This document shows, piece by piece, positions 20,124-34,611 of a stretch of DNA of 64,000 nt. The DNA comes from Alphaproteobacteria bacterium (GTDB lineage Bacteria; Pseudomonadota; Alphaproteobacteria; JAAXGF01). The notes beneath the pieces are model-generated. The model ran no database searches. It was not told where the DNA came from and was given only the letters and a program-made list of their open reading frames with translations. A program made the translations under genes and the position numbers. Position 1 is the stretch's first letter. Every line of letters starts with the position of its first letter. The DNA is taken from assembly GCA_963555825.3 (NCBI GenBank), contig CAUVXB020000001.1:160001-224000 (forward strand). The letters are read 5' to 3'.

Positions 20124-21548
20124 TCACGCCGCCCAGGAAAGGTCGGGGTGCCGGGTCCGCCATTCGGTCGCTTGTGCGTACGCGTGGGCGACGCGCAGGG
20201 CCGCCGCCTCGTCGAACGGCTTGGCGTAGACCATCACGCCGATCGGCAGGCCGTCGGCCGAGAAGCCGCAGGGCACCGAGACGGCGCAGAGGCCCAGAAG
20301 GTTGCCCAACGACGTGTTGCGCAGATAAATGCCGCTGAAATGAGCGAAGCTGTCACGGTCGGCGTCGACCTCGGCGACGGGCCGGGCCGGCAGCGCCGTG
20401 GTCGGAACCAGAAACGCGTCGATCGCTTCGAGGCGCGTGGCGAAGCGGCGCCTGAGGTCGGCCAGCCGGCGGCGCGCCAGGAAATGCTCGACCGCCGGGA
20501 TGTCCCGGCCGTCTTCCATCCACGCCAGCGCGGCATCGAGCGGGCCTTCATGGCCGTCGACGATCGCGCGATTGAAGGCATAGCCCTCGACGGCGTAGTG
20601 CGCCGGTTCGTGGGACAGCGCTTGCGCTTCGGCGACCTCGGGCATCTCGAGACCCGCGACGTCGGCGCCGAGCGACCGACAGACCTCGGCCGCCGCGCGC
20701 ACTGCCGCGCCGACCTCGGCGTCGACGCCGTCGAAGAACACGGTTTCGCCGATCGCGATCGCGAGGCCCCGAATGCCCGACTTCAACGTGCCGAGAACAT
20801 CGTGGGGCGCGATCAGCGCGGTGCTGTCGTCGTCGGCGTCGGGGCCGTGGATCGTCTGGTAGACCAGCGCCGCGTCCTCGACCGAACGGGTCAGCGGGCC
20901 GACCGAATCGAAGGTCCAGGACAGCGGATAGACGCCGGCGCGGCTGACGCGGCCGACCGTCGTCTTGAGGCCGACCGTGCCGCATAGCCCGGCCGGCGCG
21001 CGCACCGAGCCGCCGGTGTCGGTGCCGAGCGCCATCGGTGCCAGGCCGGCGGCGACCGCGACCGCCGACCCGCTCGACGAGCCGCCCGGAATATGCGCGT
21101 CTCGGTGCCACGGATTATGCGGCGTGCCGAGATCGTGATTGATGCCCAGAATGTCGGCGGCGAGCTGAACGGTATGCGTCTTGCCAATCAGGATCATGCC
21201 GGCGGCGGCGAGCCTGCGCACCACCGCGCTGTCGGTCGCCGCGACATTGCCCGCCGTCACGCTCATGCCGGCCGCCGTGACCTCGCCCGCGACGTCGAAC
21301 AGGTCCTTCGCCAGGTAAGGAATGCCATGCAGCGGCCCGAGGTAGTCGCCCGCGGCGATCATCGCGTCGGCGGCGGCGGCCTCGGCCAACGCGCGGTTGC
21401 GCGTGAGACCGACGACGGCATGCAACGCACCGTTCAGGCGTCCGATGCGATCGAGCAGTCGTTCGGTGAGATCGACCGAGCGGAGCGCCCCCGATCGGAT
21501 CGCGGGCGCGAGTTCGGCGATGGTCGCGAAGGATGCATCGGACGCCAT
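20124..21548 (-). CDS. Amidase signature family protein
   Basis: GPLHGIP..KD, PGGSSSGS, GTDTGGSVRAPA. Confidence 0.92.
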   Translation of the reverse strand: MASDASFATIAELAPAIRSGALRSVDLTERLLDRIGRLNGALHAVVGLTRNRALAEAAAADAMIAAGDYLGPLHGIPYLAKDLFDVAGEVTAAGMSVTAGNVAATDSAVVRRLAAAGMILIGKTHTVQLAADILGINHDLGTPHNPWHRDAHIPGGSSSGSAVAVAAGLAPMALGTDTGGSVRAPAGLCGTVGLKTTVGRVSRAGVYPLSWTFDSVGPLTRSVEDAALVYQTIHGPDADDDSTALIAPHDVLGTLKSGIRGLAIAIGETVFFDGVDAEVGAAVRAAAEVCRSLGADVAGLEMPEVAEAQALSHEPAHYAVEGYAFNRAIVDGHEGPLDAALAWMEDGRDIPAVEHFLARRRLADLRRRFATRLEAIDAFLVPTTALPARPVAEVDADRDSFAHFSGIYLRNTSLGNLLGLCAVSVPCGFSADGLPIGVMVYAKPFDEAAALRVAHAYAQATEWRTRHPDLSWAA

Positions 21549-21759
21549 GAGCGGCCTCTTTCCATGGAGAAATTCAAGCGATCAGCATATCCGAAATTGG
21601 CCAGCCCGACCAAGGTGCTAGGCGGTCGATGACGCGCCGGAAGGGCGATTCGGCGGCGATCGCGAATTTCGCCAATAACACAACATATTGCGTTGAATAT
21701 GCAGGGATAATACAGCATCGGCATTGCGGGTGGGGGCCGCGCTGCCTATAATCCGGGCC

Positions 21760-23745
<1,986 letters not shown>

Positions 23746-23830
23746 CCGCCATCCGCTAGGATGGCGCGGCGATGACTGACGCCCTTGACCGATTCCTGAC
23801 CGCCGACGAACGCGCCGCCGTGCGCGCGGC

Positions 23831-24760
23831 ATGATCGAAGAGGGCATGCCGTCGGACGGCGCGGGCGGCTATGGCCGGGGCATCGCCTATATGCTCGCGT
23901 CGCTGGTCTTGTGGGTCGTCATGAACGCGATCATCAAGCAGGCAGCGGAAACCATCCCGACGATGCAAATACTGTTGTTCCGCAACGCCGTGGCGATCCC
24001 GACGCTGCTGCCCTTCATGATCGCGGCGGGCGGCGTCTCGATCCTGGCGACGCGGCGGCCGGGATGGCATCTGCTGCGTTCGGCGATCGGCGTCACCGGC
24101 ATGACCTGCTTGATCTTCGGGCTCGGCGCGCTGCCGCTGTCCGAGGCCATCACGATCACCTATGCGGCGCCGCTGTTCGTCACGGCGTTGAGCGTGCCAC
24201 TGCTCGGCGAGAAGGTCGGCGTGCGCCGCTGGAGCGCCGTCGCGATCGGCTTCATCGGCGTCCTGGTCATGATGCGGCCGGGCGGCGAGATCAACCCGGG
24301 CGCCGTGGTCCTGCTGTTCGGCACGCTGTGCTTCGCCTTCGTCGTCATCATCACGCGGCATATCTCGAAGACCGAGCACAGCGTCGCCATCGTGTTCTAT
24401 TTCTCGCTCGCGGCGTCGGTCGCCGGCGCCGCCGCCATGCCGTGGTTTTGGGTCACGCCGCAGGGGGTGGGATGGCTCATGCTGGTGGTCGTCGGGGTGC
24501 TCGGCGGCGTCACGCAGGTCCTGCTCGCCATGGCGATCAAGGAAGCGCCGGTGTCGGTCACCATGCCGCTCAACTACCTGGCGCTGGTCATCGCGGCCGG
24601 CCTCGATATCGCGGTCTGGGGCGTCTGGCCAAGCACGACGACGGTGGCCGGCGCGGCGTTGATCGTCGCCACCGGGCTGTTCATCGTCTACCGCGAGACC
24701 GACCCCGCGACGCGGGTGCGCCTCCGCGCCTGGTTCACACTAAGCCGCAACCCCCCGTGA
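23831..24760 (+). CDS. DMT/EamA family transporter
   Basis: About 10 TM segments; LLGEKVGVRRWSAVAIGFIGVLVMMRPG. Confidence 0.9.
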   Translation: MIEEGMPSDGAGGYGRGIAYMLASLVLWVVMNAIIKQAAETIPTMQILLFRNAVAIPTLLPFMIAAGGVSILATRRPGWHLLRSAIGVTGMTCLIFGLGALPLSEAITITYAAPLFVTALSVPLLGEKVGVRRWSAVAIGFIGVLVMMRPGGEINPGAVVLLFGTLCFAFVVIITRHISKTEHSVAIVFYFSLAASVAGAAAMPWFWVTPQGVGWLMLVVVGVLGGVTQVLLAMAIKEAPVSVTMPLNYLALVIAAGLDIAVWGVWPSTTTVAGAALIVATGLFIVYRETDPATRVRLRAWFTLSRNPP

Positions 24761-24851
24761 CGCCAATCCCTATTAAACGTAAGCAGTATACATTTAATGA
24801 TTGCCAAGCGCCGGAAAATGTATACTGCTTACGTTTAATAGGGATTGGCGT
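24760..24851. repeat. Perfect 36-bp inverted repeat with 20-nt loop between convergent genes
   Basis: ACGCCAATCCCTATTAAACGTAAGCAGTATACATTT (24760-24795) and its exact reverse complement at 24816-24851. Confidence 0.95.
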
Positions 24852-24852
24852 G

Positions 24853-25185
24853 CTAGTACATGCCGAGTTCGAGGCGCGCCGCTTCGGAGAGCAGCTCGGG
24901 CGTCCAGGGCGGGTCCCAGACCAGCTCGACCGCGACGTCGGTGACGCCGGGCAGCTCTCGTACCTTGTCGGCGACCTCGACCGGCAGGATATCGGCGACC
25001 GGGCAGGCGGGCGCAGTCAGGGTCATGTCGATCGTGACGGCGCCGCCGGCGCCGATGTCGATCTTGTAGATCAGCCCGAGCTCGTAGATATTGACCGGAA
25101 TTTCCGGATCGTAGACGGTGCTTATCGCGGCGATTACCGCCGCTTCCGTCGGGCCCGCCACGGGGCCGGTTTCATCCGTTGTCAT
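24853..25185 (-). CDS. SUF-associated DUF59 (SufT-like) Fe-S assembly protein
   Basis: VYDPEIPVNIYELGLIY, MTLTAPACP, VWDPPW. Confidence 0.9.
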   Translation of the reverse strand: MTTDETGPVAGPTEAAVIAAISTVYDPEIPVNIYELGLIYKIDIGAGGAVTIDMTLTAPACPVADILPVEVADKVRELPGVTDVAVELVWDPPWTPELLSEAARLELGMY

Positions 25186-25193
25186 CGGCGTTC

Positions 25194-25652
25194 CTATTCC
25201 TCGGTCGAGACTTCTTCGGCGCCGCCGTCGAGCGCGGATTGCAGCGTGTGCCAGGCGAGCGTCGCGCATTTGACGCGCACCGGGAACTCGCGCACCCCCG
25301 AGAACACGGTCAGTTTGTCGAGCGTTTCGGGGTCCGCCTCGGAACCGTCGTCGGTGACCAGGCCGTGGAAGCACTGGAAAATGTCGCGCACCTCGGCTTC
25401 GGTCTTGCCCTTGACCATCTCGGTCATCAGCGAAGCCGAGGCGATCGAGATGGCGCAGCCGTTGCCCTCGAAGCCGATGTCCCGGACGACGCCGTCCTCG
25501 AAGCTGAGGTAGAGCGACAACCGGTCGCCGCACAGCGGATTGTGGCCGTCGGCGCGCCGGTTGGTGTCGGGCGGCGGGTGGCCGAAATTGCGCGGCTGGC
25601 GGCCGTGGTCGAGAATGACTTCCTGGTAGAGGTCGCGCAGCTCATCGTCCAT
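25194..25652 (-). CDS. sufU: SUF system NifU-family protein SufU
   Basis: LYQEVILDH, NPLCGD, GCAISIASAS, RVKCATL. Confidence 0.92.
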   Translation of the reverse strand: MDDELRDLYQEVILDHGRQPRNFGHPPPDTNRRADGHNPLCGDRLSLYLSFEDGVVRDIGFEGNGCAISIASASLMTEMVKGKTEAEVRDIFQCFHGLVTDDGSEADPETLDKLTVFSGVREFPVRVKCATLAWHTLQSALDGGAEEVSTEE

Positions 25653-26932
25653 CAGCCGAACAACTCCATCACCTTGGCGATGCCGGCGCAGAGCGCGTCG
25701 GCGTCCTCGGTCGTGTTGTAGAGGCCGAACGAGGCGCGCACCGTCGCCGCCACGCCGAAGCGGTCCATCACCGGCTGGGCGCAGTGGTGGCCGGCGCGCA
25801 CCGCGATGCCCTGGCGGTCGAGGATCGTGCCGACGTCGTGCGGGTGCACGCCCTCGATGCCGAAGGACAGGATTGCCGCCTTGTCGCGCGCCGTGCCGTA
25901 GAGACGCACACTGTTGAATTCGCTCAGCTTTTCGGTGGCGTAGGTGAGCAGCTCGTGCTCGTGGGCGGCGATGCGTTGGATGCCGAGGCCGGTGACATAG
26001 TCGATCGCCGCGCCCAGGCCGATCGCGCCGGCGATGTTCGGCGTGCCGGCCTCGAACTTGTGCGGGATGACGTTGTACTCGGTCTTCTCGAAGGTGACCG
26101 TGCGGATCATCTCGCCGCCGCCCTGGTAGGGCCGCATGTCCTCCAGCAGCGCGGCCTTGCCGTACAGCGCGCCGATACCCGACGGGCCGTAGAGCTTGTG
26201 GCCCGAGAAGACGTAGAAGTCGCAGTCGATGTCCTGCACGTCGATGTCGAGATGCACCACCCCCTGGCAGCCGTCGACCAGTAGCAGCGCGCCGTGGGCG
26301 TGGGCGAGCCGCGCCACCTGCTTGATGTCGACGACGGTGCCGAGCGCGTTCGAGGCGTGCGTCATGGCGACCAGGCGCGTGCGCGGGCCGAGCAGCTTCT
26401 CGAACTCGTCGATCAGGAGGTTGCCGTCGTCATCGATCGGCGCGACGCGCAGCACGACGCCGCGCTCGGCGCGCAGCATCTGCCAGGGCACGATGTTCGA
26501 ATGATGCTCCATGTGCGACAGGATGATCTCGTCGCCGGGGCCGAGATTCGCCCGCCCGTATGCGTCGGCGACAAGGTTGATGGCCTCGGTGCCGCCGCGC
26601 AGGAAGATGATCTCGCGTGATTCGCGGGCGTTGAGGAAGGTCCGCACCTTGTCGCGCGCCGCCTCGAAGCCTTCGGTAGCGCGCTGGCTCAAGGCATAGA
26701 CGCCACGATGGATGTTGGCGTATTCGTGCTCGTAGCAGTGCTTGACCGCCTCGATCACCTGGCTCGGCTTCTGTGCGCTGGCCGCCGAATCGAGGAAGAC
26801 CAGCGGGTGGCCATAGATCTTCTCCGCCAGAATCGGGAAGTCGGCGCGCACCCGCGCGACGTCATACGCCTGGTCCGCGGTATCCCGGTTGCTCTCGATC
26901 GGGTTCAACGCCACGCTTGGGCCCTCACTCAC
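25652..26932 (-). CDS. sufS: Cysteine desulfurase SufS
   Basis: LDSAASAQKP, SGHKLYGP, RAGHHCAQP. Confidence 0.95.
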   Translation of the reverse strand: MSEGPSVALNPIESNRDTADQAYDVARVRADFPILAEKIYGHPLVFLDSAASAQKPSQVIEAVKHCYEHEYANIHRGVYALSQRATEGFEAARDKVRTFLNARESREIIFLRGGTEAINLVADAYGRANLGPGDEIILSHMEHHSNIVPWQMLRAERGVVLRVAPIDDDGNLLIDEFEKLLGPRTRLVAMTHASNALGTVVDIKQVARLAHAHGALLLVDGCQGVVHLDIDVQDIDCDFYVFSGHKLYGPSGIGALYGKAALLEDMRPYQGGGEMIRTVTFEKTEYNVIPHKFEAGTPNIAGAIGLGAAIDYVTGLGIQRIAAHEHELLTYATEKLSEFNSVRLYGTARDKAAILSFGIEGVHPHDVGTILDRQGIAVRAGHHCAQPVMDRFGVAATVRASFGLYNTTEDADALCAGIAKVMELFG

Positions 26933-28253
26933 CGTGGTTGACTTGCGGCAGCCAGCCGGTGACGACGCGCCACAGATGCGCCTTGATGGCGTCGTCGTCG
27001 ACGGTCTCGATGATCTCGCCGACGAACGCTTCGACCAGCAGGTTCTGCGCGCTCTCGGCGTCGATGCCGCGCGAGCGCAGGTAGAACAGCGCGTCGGCGT
27101 CGAGCTCGCCCGCCGTCGCGCCGTGGCTGCACTTGACGTCGTCGGCGAGGATCTCGAGCTCGGGCTTGGTATCGACCCGTGCCGTCTCGGCGAGCAGCAG
27201 GTTCTTGTTGAGCTGATGGGCGTCGGTCTTCTGGGCGTCCGCGCGGACCACGATCTTGCCTTGGAACACGCCGTGCGCCTCGTCGTCGATCACGCCGCGG
27301 TAGTGCTCGTGGCTAGTGCATTCGGGCCTGGCGTGGTCGATCAGCGTCGTCGTGTCCATGTGCTGGCGGCCGCGCGGCAGATAGGCGCCGCCGAGGCGGC
27401 ATTCGCCGTGTTCGCCGTCGAACACCGCGCTGATCTCGTTGCGCGACAGCCGGCCGCCGACCGAGACCGCGAAGCTATCGAATCGCGCGCCGCCGCCGAG
27501 GCGCGCGCGCGTCGCCGCGATATGGATCGTCTCGGCACCCTCGGCCTGCAGCTTGACGTGGCGGATCGCCGCGTCGCGATCGGCGGCGATGTCGGTCACC
27601 GCGTTGGTCCAAAAGGCGCCGCCGCCCGCCGGGGCGTACGACTCGATCAGCGTCGCCGCGCTGGCCGCGCCGGCGATGACCAGGTTGCGCAGATGTGCGG
27701 CTACCGGCGCCGCGCCGCCGGCGCCGAGATAGAGCAGATGGACCGGCTTCTCGAGCATGACGCCCGGCGCCAGCGTGAGCACCGCGCCGTCGGCCATCAG
27801 GGCGGCGTTGAGCGCGGCCGGGCCGAAGGCGTCCGTGACGCCGGCGTCGGCCAGCATGGGCTCGACCAGTTCGGGATCATCCGCGATGACCTCGGCGAGG
27901 CTGACCAGGCGTGCGCCGTCGGGCAGCGCGCCGATGTCGGAAAGGTCGGGCCGCGCGTGGCCGTCGACGAAGACCATCAGGTGGCAATCGAGGCCGTCGG
28001 GCAGGAAGGCAGCGATGTCGCCGACCGCGACGCCGTTGGCGCGCCTGGGCGCGGGCGCGTAGCTGGTGCGCGCGAAGCGCCTGAGGTCGGTGAACTTCCA
28101 CCGCTCGTCGCGGTTGGTCGGGAAGCCGACGTCGGCGAAACGCGCGATCGCGGCTTCGCGCGCGTCGTCGAGCCAGGCGATGCCGTTGCCCGGCAACGCG
28201 GCGCGCTGGGCGGCGAACTGGTCGATGTAGATGGTGACGGGATCGGTCTTCAC
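26925..28253 (-). CDS. sufD: Fe-S assembly protein SufD
   Basis: ERWKFT, KPELEILADDVKCSHGAT, FYLRSRGI. Confidence 0.93.
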   Translation of the reverse strand: MKTDPVTIYIDQFAAQRAALPGNGIAWLDDAREAAIARFADVGFPTNRDERWKFTDLRRFARTSYAPAPRRANGVAVGDIAAFLPDGLDCHLMVFVDGHARPDLSDIGALPDGARLVSLAEVIADDPELVEPMLADAGVTDAFGPAALNAALMADGAVLTLAPGVMLEKPVHLLYLGAGGAAPVAAHLRNLVIAGAASAATLIESYAPAGGGAFWTNAVTDIAADRDAAIRHVKLQAEGAETIHIAATRARLGGGARFDSFAVSVGGRLSRNEISAVFDGEHGECRLGGAYLPRGRQHMDTTTLIDHARPECTSHEHYRGVIDDEAHGVFQGKIVVRADAQKTDAHQLNKNLLLAETARVDTKPELEILADDVKCSHGATAGELDADALFYLRSRGIDAESAQNLLVEAFVGEIIETVDDDAIKAHLWRVVTGWLPQVNHGE

Positions 28254-28268
28254 GGGGCGCGCTCCGCT

Positions 28269-29021
28269 TCAGGCCGCCGCGCCGGAGAGCTCGCCGTAGC
28301 CCTGGTCCTCGACCTCGAGCGCGAGCTCGGCGCCGCCCGACTTGACGATGCGCCCCCCGTTCAGCACGTGGACGCGGTCGGGCACGGTGTAATTCAACAG
28401 CCGCTGGTAATGGGTGATCAGCACTATGGCGCGCGTCGGCGCGCGCAGCGCGTTGATTCCGTTGGCGACGATGCGCAGGGCATCGACGTCGAGGCCCGAA
28501 TCGGTCTCGTCGAGGATCGCCAGCCGGGGCTCGAGCATGGCCATCTGCAGCACTTCGTTGCGCTTCTTCTCGCCGCCCGAGAAACCGACGTTGAGCGGTC
28601 GCTTGATCAGCGACTCGTCGAATTTGAGCTGGCTGGCCTTCTCGCGCACCAGCTTGAGGAAGTCCATGGCGTCGAGTTCGGGCTCGCCGCGATGGACGCG
28701 GATCGCGTTGAGCGACGACTTCAGGAAGTTCATGCCGGAGACGCCGGGAATCTCGACCGGGTACTGGAAGCCGAGAAAGACGCCCTCGCGCGCCCGCTCG
28801 TCGGGCTCGAGCGCGAGCAGGTCGCGGCCCTGGTAAAGCACCTCGCCGTCGGTCACCTCATAGCCCCCGCGGCCGGCCAGCACATAGGCGAGCGTCGACT
28901 TGCCCGAGCCGTTCGGCCCCATGATGGCGTGCACCTCACCGGCGCCCACCGATAGATCGATGCCTTTGAGGATCGGCTTGCCGTCCACCGCGACATGCAG
29001 GTTCTTGATTTCGAGCATCAC
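28269..29021 (-). CDS. sufC: Fe-S assembly ATPase SufC
   Basis: GPNGSGKST, GFSGGEKKRNE, LDETDSGLD, ITHYQRLL. Confidence 0.96.
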   Translation of the reverse strand: MMLEIKNLHVAVDGKPILKGIDLSVGAGEVHAIMGPNGSGKSTLAYVLAGRGGYEVTDGEVLYQGRDLLALEPDERAREGVFLGFQYPVEIPGVSGMNFLKSSLNAIRVHRGEPELDAMDFLKLVREKASQLKFDESLIKRPLNVGFSGGEKKRNEVLQMAMLEPRLAILDETDSGLDVDALRIVANGINALRAPTRAIVLITHYQRLLNYTVPDRVHVLNGGRIVKSGGAELALEVEDQGYGELSGAAA

Positions 29022-29057
29022 GCCTTCTCTAAATTATCGTCGAAAATGAATGCCGGC

Positions 29058-30512
<1,455 letters not shown>

Positions 30513-30532
30513 GGTCGTCTCCCTACGGCGCC

Positions 30533-30982
30533 CTAATGGTCGTGCGCTTCGCGCGCCAGCGCGAGCGGCGGCAGCGGGAAGGGGCTCACCAGGTCGGCGA
30601 GCGTGATGTCGTCGAGCGCCCGATGGATCGCCTGATTGATCTTGTAGAGATGGCCGCGTGTCGGGCAGAAGGTCTCGAGCACGCAGGGGCCGGTATGCGC
30701 ATCGAGGCATTCGGTGAGCGCGATCGGCCCGTCCAGCGCGGCGATGATCTCGGCCGACGTGATGTCGTGGGGCGACCGCGCCAGCTCGTAGCCGCCGCCC
30801 GCGCCGCGGTGCGAGTCGAGAAGCTCGCTGCGCGACAGCGCCTTGAGAATCTTTGCCGCGGTCGGTTCCGGCACATGCGTCGCGTCCGCAACCGCGTGCG
30901 CCGTGTGCAGCGGTTCGGGGCTCGACGCGATATGCGTCATCAAGATCATGCCGTAATCGGCCAGCCTGCTCAGGCGGATCAT
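30533..30982 (-). CDS. Rrf2-family SUF system regulator (IscR-like)
   Basis: [29 protein letters not shown]...C....C; first gene of the suf operon. Confidence 0.88.
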   Translation of the reverse strand: MIRLSRLADYGMILMTHIASSPEPLHTAHAVADATHVPEPTAAKILKALSRSELLDSHRGAGGGYELARSPHDITSAEIIAALDGPIALTECLDAHTGPCVLETFCPTRGHLYKINQAIHRALDDITLADLVSPFPLPPLALAREAHDH

Positions 30983-31004
30983 CGCTTGGGTCCCGGTCTA
31001 ATGC

Positions 31005-31019
31005 GGACCAATATGGTCC
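31005..31019. promoter_or_regulatory. Candidate operator for the suf Rrf2 regulator
   Basis: Near-palindrome GGACCAATATGGTCC just upstream of the Rrf2 start. Confidence 0.4.
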
Positions 31020-31139
31020 TGATTGGTCAATTAGTCGCCGAAGGCCCTTGGGTCAAGCGGTTTGACGCAGAAAATCACGGTTTTTCGTCCGAAGCCTGTA
31101 TAAATCGGTAAGCCGAAAACGGACGCGGGAGAAAGGCCG

Positions 31140-31898
31140 ATGGGCGACTTCGACGGCAAGGTGATTCTGGTGACCGGCGGCTCGCGCGGCATCGGCGCGG
31201 CGATCACCCGGCAACTCGCGGGGGGCGGCGGCGAGGTCGCCATCCACTACAGCCATCATTCGCGCCGCGCCGAGGCGCTCGCCGACGAACTCGGGCCGGC
31301 GCGCTGTCACCTGGTGCAGGCCGATTTTTCCGATCCGGCCAGTGCGCTCGACGCGTGGCGCGCGGCGCTCGAATGGCGAGGCCGCATCGACGTGCTGGTC
31401 AACAACGCCGGCATCTATGCGTCGGCCGGCGTCGACGACGACTTCGCGCATTGGGCCGAGACCTGGCGGCGGACGCTCGACATCAATCTGGTGGCGACGG
31501 CGCATCTCTGCCGCGAGGCGATTGTGCACTTCCGCACCCGCGGCGGCGGCACGATCGTCAACATCGCGAGCCGCGCGGCGTTCCGTGGCGACGACATCGA
31601 CAACACCCATTACGCCGCGTCGAAGGGTGGCATGGTCGCGCTGACGCGCACCATCGCGCGCGGCCACGCCGCCGAGGGCATCCTCGCCTATGTCGTCGCG
31701 CCCGGCTTCGTGCGCACCGAGATGGCCGAGCAGGTCTTCAGCGAGGAGGGCGAGGCGCGCGTGCTGGGCGAAATCCCGCTGGGCGAGATTCCCGGTCCCG
31801 AAGACGTTGCCGAGGTCGTCGCGTTCCTCGCCTCGGGCCGCGCGCGCTTCGCCACCGGCACGACGGTCGACGTCAACGGCGCGTCTTACCTGCGCTGA
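31140..31898 (+). CDS. SDR family oxidoreductase
   Basis: TGGSRGIG, NNAG, YAASK. Confidence 0.93.
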   Translation: MGDFDGKVILVTGGSRGIGAAITRQLAGGGGEVAIHYSHHSRRAEALADELGPARCHLVQADFSDPASALDAWRAALEWRGRIDVLVNNAGIYASAGVDDDFAHWAETWRRTLDINLVATAHLCREAIVHFRTRGGGTIVNIASRAAFRGDDIDNTHYAASKGGMVALTRTIARGHAAEGILAYVVAPGFVRTEMAEQVFSEEGEARVLGEIPLGEIPGPEDVAEVVAFLASGRARFATGTTVDVNGASYLR

Positions 31899-32042
31899 TG
31901 CCAATGGCGACGTCTTGGGATAGCCGACCGCACACCCAGTCACCGGTAGCGACGGACCTAACCATCCGTGAGATAAACTGGTAGATTCGCCGGTCGTACG
32001 AACGTCCCTCGGGCGTTTTGTCGGAAGCTACGGTAGCCTGCC

Positions 32043-32903
32043 ATGATCACGGTCTATTACGGTCATCGCGTCACGCGCAACGGATCGACCGCAACATTCG
32101 GGCCCGATCCGGGGAACGTGCTCGCGGCGGCGGCATTCGAGAGTTTCGTCGCGTCGTTGGGTGTCGAGAACGCGCTCTCGATCGATGATCTCGACGGACC
32201 AGCGCGGGCGGCGAGCCGCTTTCTCCTCACCTTCGACGACGGCTACGCCGACAACGTGACCGAGTTGCTGCCGATACTCGAGCGCATGGACCTGCCGGCG
32301 ATGATTTTCGTCACCACGGGATTTCTCGACGACGACATGCTTCCCTACGGCTCGCGGCTGACCTTGTTTCTCGAAAGCCATAGCGAAGTAGGCTTGCCCG
32401 ATGGCAATTCACGGCGGGTTTCGAATGGCGAGGAAAAGGCGGCGCTCTACAGCGAGATCAAGCGGCGGATCAAACCCATGACACATTCGAACCGGGAGCG
32501 GTTCCTGGCTTCGCTGGTCGCGCGGGACGGGTCCACCGCAGCGACGACGATCCCTTCGACGCGCGTGATGCTGACGCGCCAGGAGACGCGTGAACTCGAC
32601 CGCCACCCCTTGATCCGCATTGGCGCGCATTCGCAGACGCATTCCCAATTGAACGCCATCTCGCGATACGCCGCCTATCGCGACATGGCGACCAGCAAAC
32701 GCAGCCTGGAGCGGATACTGGGCAGAGCCGTGCCGGACTTCGCCTATCCCTACGGCGCCCATGGCCGGGCCGTTTGTTGGCTGGCGCGCCTGTGCGGTTT
32801 CAAGCGCGCGTTCACGACCGAGTCCCGGGCGATCGAGAACCTCGGCAAGGAATCGGCAATGAAACTGCCGCGGGTCGACCTCGTGAAGGCAGCGCGGAAG
32901 TGA
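32043..32903 (+). CDS. Polysaccharide deacetylase family protein
   Basis: LTFDDGY, GAHSQTH, FAYPYG. Confidence 0.88.
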   Translation: MITVYYGHRVTRNGSTATFGPDPGNVLAAAAFESFVASLGVENALSIDDLDGPARAASRFLLTFDDGYADNVTELLPILERMDLPAMIFVTTGFLDDDMLPYGSRLTLFLESHSEVGLPDGNSRRVSNGEEKAALYSEIKRRIKPMTHSNRERFLASLVARDGSTAATTIPSTRVMLTRQETRELDRHPLIRIGAHSQTHSQLNAISRYAAYRDMATSKRSLERILGRAVPDFAYPYGAHGRAVCWLARLCGFKRAFTTESRAIENLGKESAMKLPRVDLVKAARK

Positions 32904-32950
32904 GAGCCGTCTGGAATTGCTCGTGCCTGGAGTTGCCGATTCAATGCCTT

Positions 32951-34127
32951 ATACCAGTGAGCGCCTGAATTGACTCTCGGGATATTCATTGATGGCGGAT
33001 GATGGCGGATTGTGATTCTATGGTCTCCCACCAGATGTGGGGGATGTCATGGGATCAGCACTCAAGATACGGGATGATTTGACGCCTTTGGAGCTTCGGC
33101 GCTGGGCTCGCGTGGAATCGTACGGTCGAGCGGCGGCGCGGGCCTATGGGATCGCGAATGCTTTGGAGGAGATGCCCCGGGCTGATGCCGCGCGGCTTGC
33201 GGGGATGGATCGCCAAACGCTTCGCGACGCGGTTGTTCGTTACAATGCAAAGGGATTGGAGGGGCTTCACGACCGTCCAAAGGGCTACTCGCCGCGGCGG
33301 CTGACGGCAGACGAGGAAGCGGCGCTGGCGGCGGTCATCATCGCCGGGCCGGAGCCTGAGCGCGACGGGGTTTGCGCCTGGACCCGGGCCGATCTGTGCC
33401 GCTGGCTGGAGGAGCGCTTCGCCAAGACCTACCACCCCTCGAGCATGACCCGGGTTCTACGGCGGATGGGATTTTCCCGCCAGAAGGCGCGCCCGAGCCA
33501 CCCGCGAAGGGACGCCGAAGCGCAGGAGCGCTTCAAAAAAGGGGGCTTCGCGACATCCTGAAGGCGACCGCCGCGGCGCATCCCGACAAGCGCCTACAGC
33601 TGTGGTTTCAGGATGAAGCGCGCGTCGGCAACAAGGGCCGGGTGTGTCACCGGTGGTGGCGCAGGGGCGAGCGTGCCCCCGGGACGCGTCAAATCGGCTA
33701 CCAGTGGGCCTACATCTTCTCCGCCGTGCGCCCGGACACCGGCGACGACGTCACCCTGGTGATGCCGAGCGTCAACGCCAAGGTCATGGACCTGTTTCTC
33801 GCACACTTCGCCGATACCCTGGACCAGGATGCGCACGCCGTCATGATGTGCGACGGCGCCGGTTGGCACGACGAGCGCGCCCTCACCGTCCCCGACAACG
33901 TCACCTTGGCGCTGTTGCCGCCTTACAGTCCCGAACTCAACCCCGTCGAGCGGGTTTGGCTCTACCTACGCGAACGCTTCCTATCGCTCCGCGTCCTCGA
34001 CGACACCGAGGCCATCATCGACGCCTGTTGCCAAGCATGGATCGACCTCATCGCAGAACCGGATCGTATGCGAACCCTCTGCGCCTATCCATGGATCATG
34101 AAGGTGATTTCATAGGCTCACTGGTAT
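32951..34127 (+). mobile_element. IS630-family element; transposase in two ORFs (33049-33561 and to 34115) joined by a probable -1 frameshift
   Basis: Ends ATACCAGTGAGC / GCTCACTGGTAT; AAAAAAGGGGG at 33535-33545; FQDEAR, DGAGWH, PYSPELNPVE. Confidence 0.9.
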
Positions 34128-34611
34128 TACAATGCGCTGCAGACAGTCGTTGGCAAAATAGCCGTTAAAAGCACGCGGCACAGAACCGGCGCGCCCTTCG
34201 TTAGCTGAGTCGGGAAACCTGGAGCTACGCCTTGCGATAGCCGACAGCACACCAGAACGGTGCCGTATCGGAAAATTCGATACGGTCGAGTCCGGCGGCA
34301 TGCATCATCGTCTCGATCTCTGCGCGCGAGAAACGCCGTTCGAGGCGCGTGCCGAACCGATCGAGCGCGTCGGTGCGCATGGTGTAGAAGCTCTTGTCAC
34401 GATACGTGGAGAGCGGCCAGTCGGCGACGTCGGCGCCGAGCCGCTCGATGATCCTCGCCGCTCTCCCGAGCGGCCAATAAACAAGCGCGGCGATGACCTC
34501 GGCGATCGGCCGTCGGACGACGAAGGGGAGGATCGATATCAGCCGTCTGAGGCCGTTCGAAACATGCCAGATCAGCTTGAACCACGTGGGCCGAGAGCTA
34601 TTGTCAAAAGT

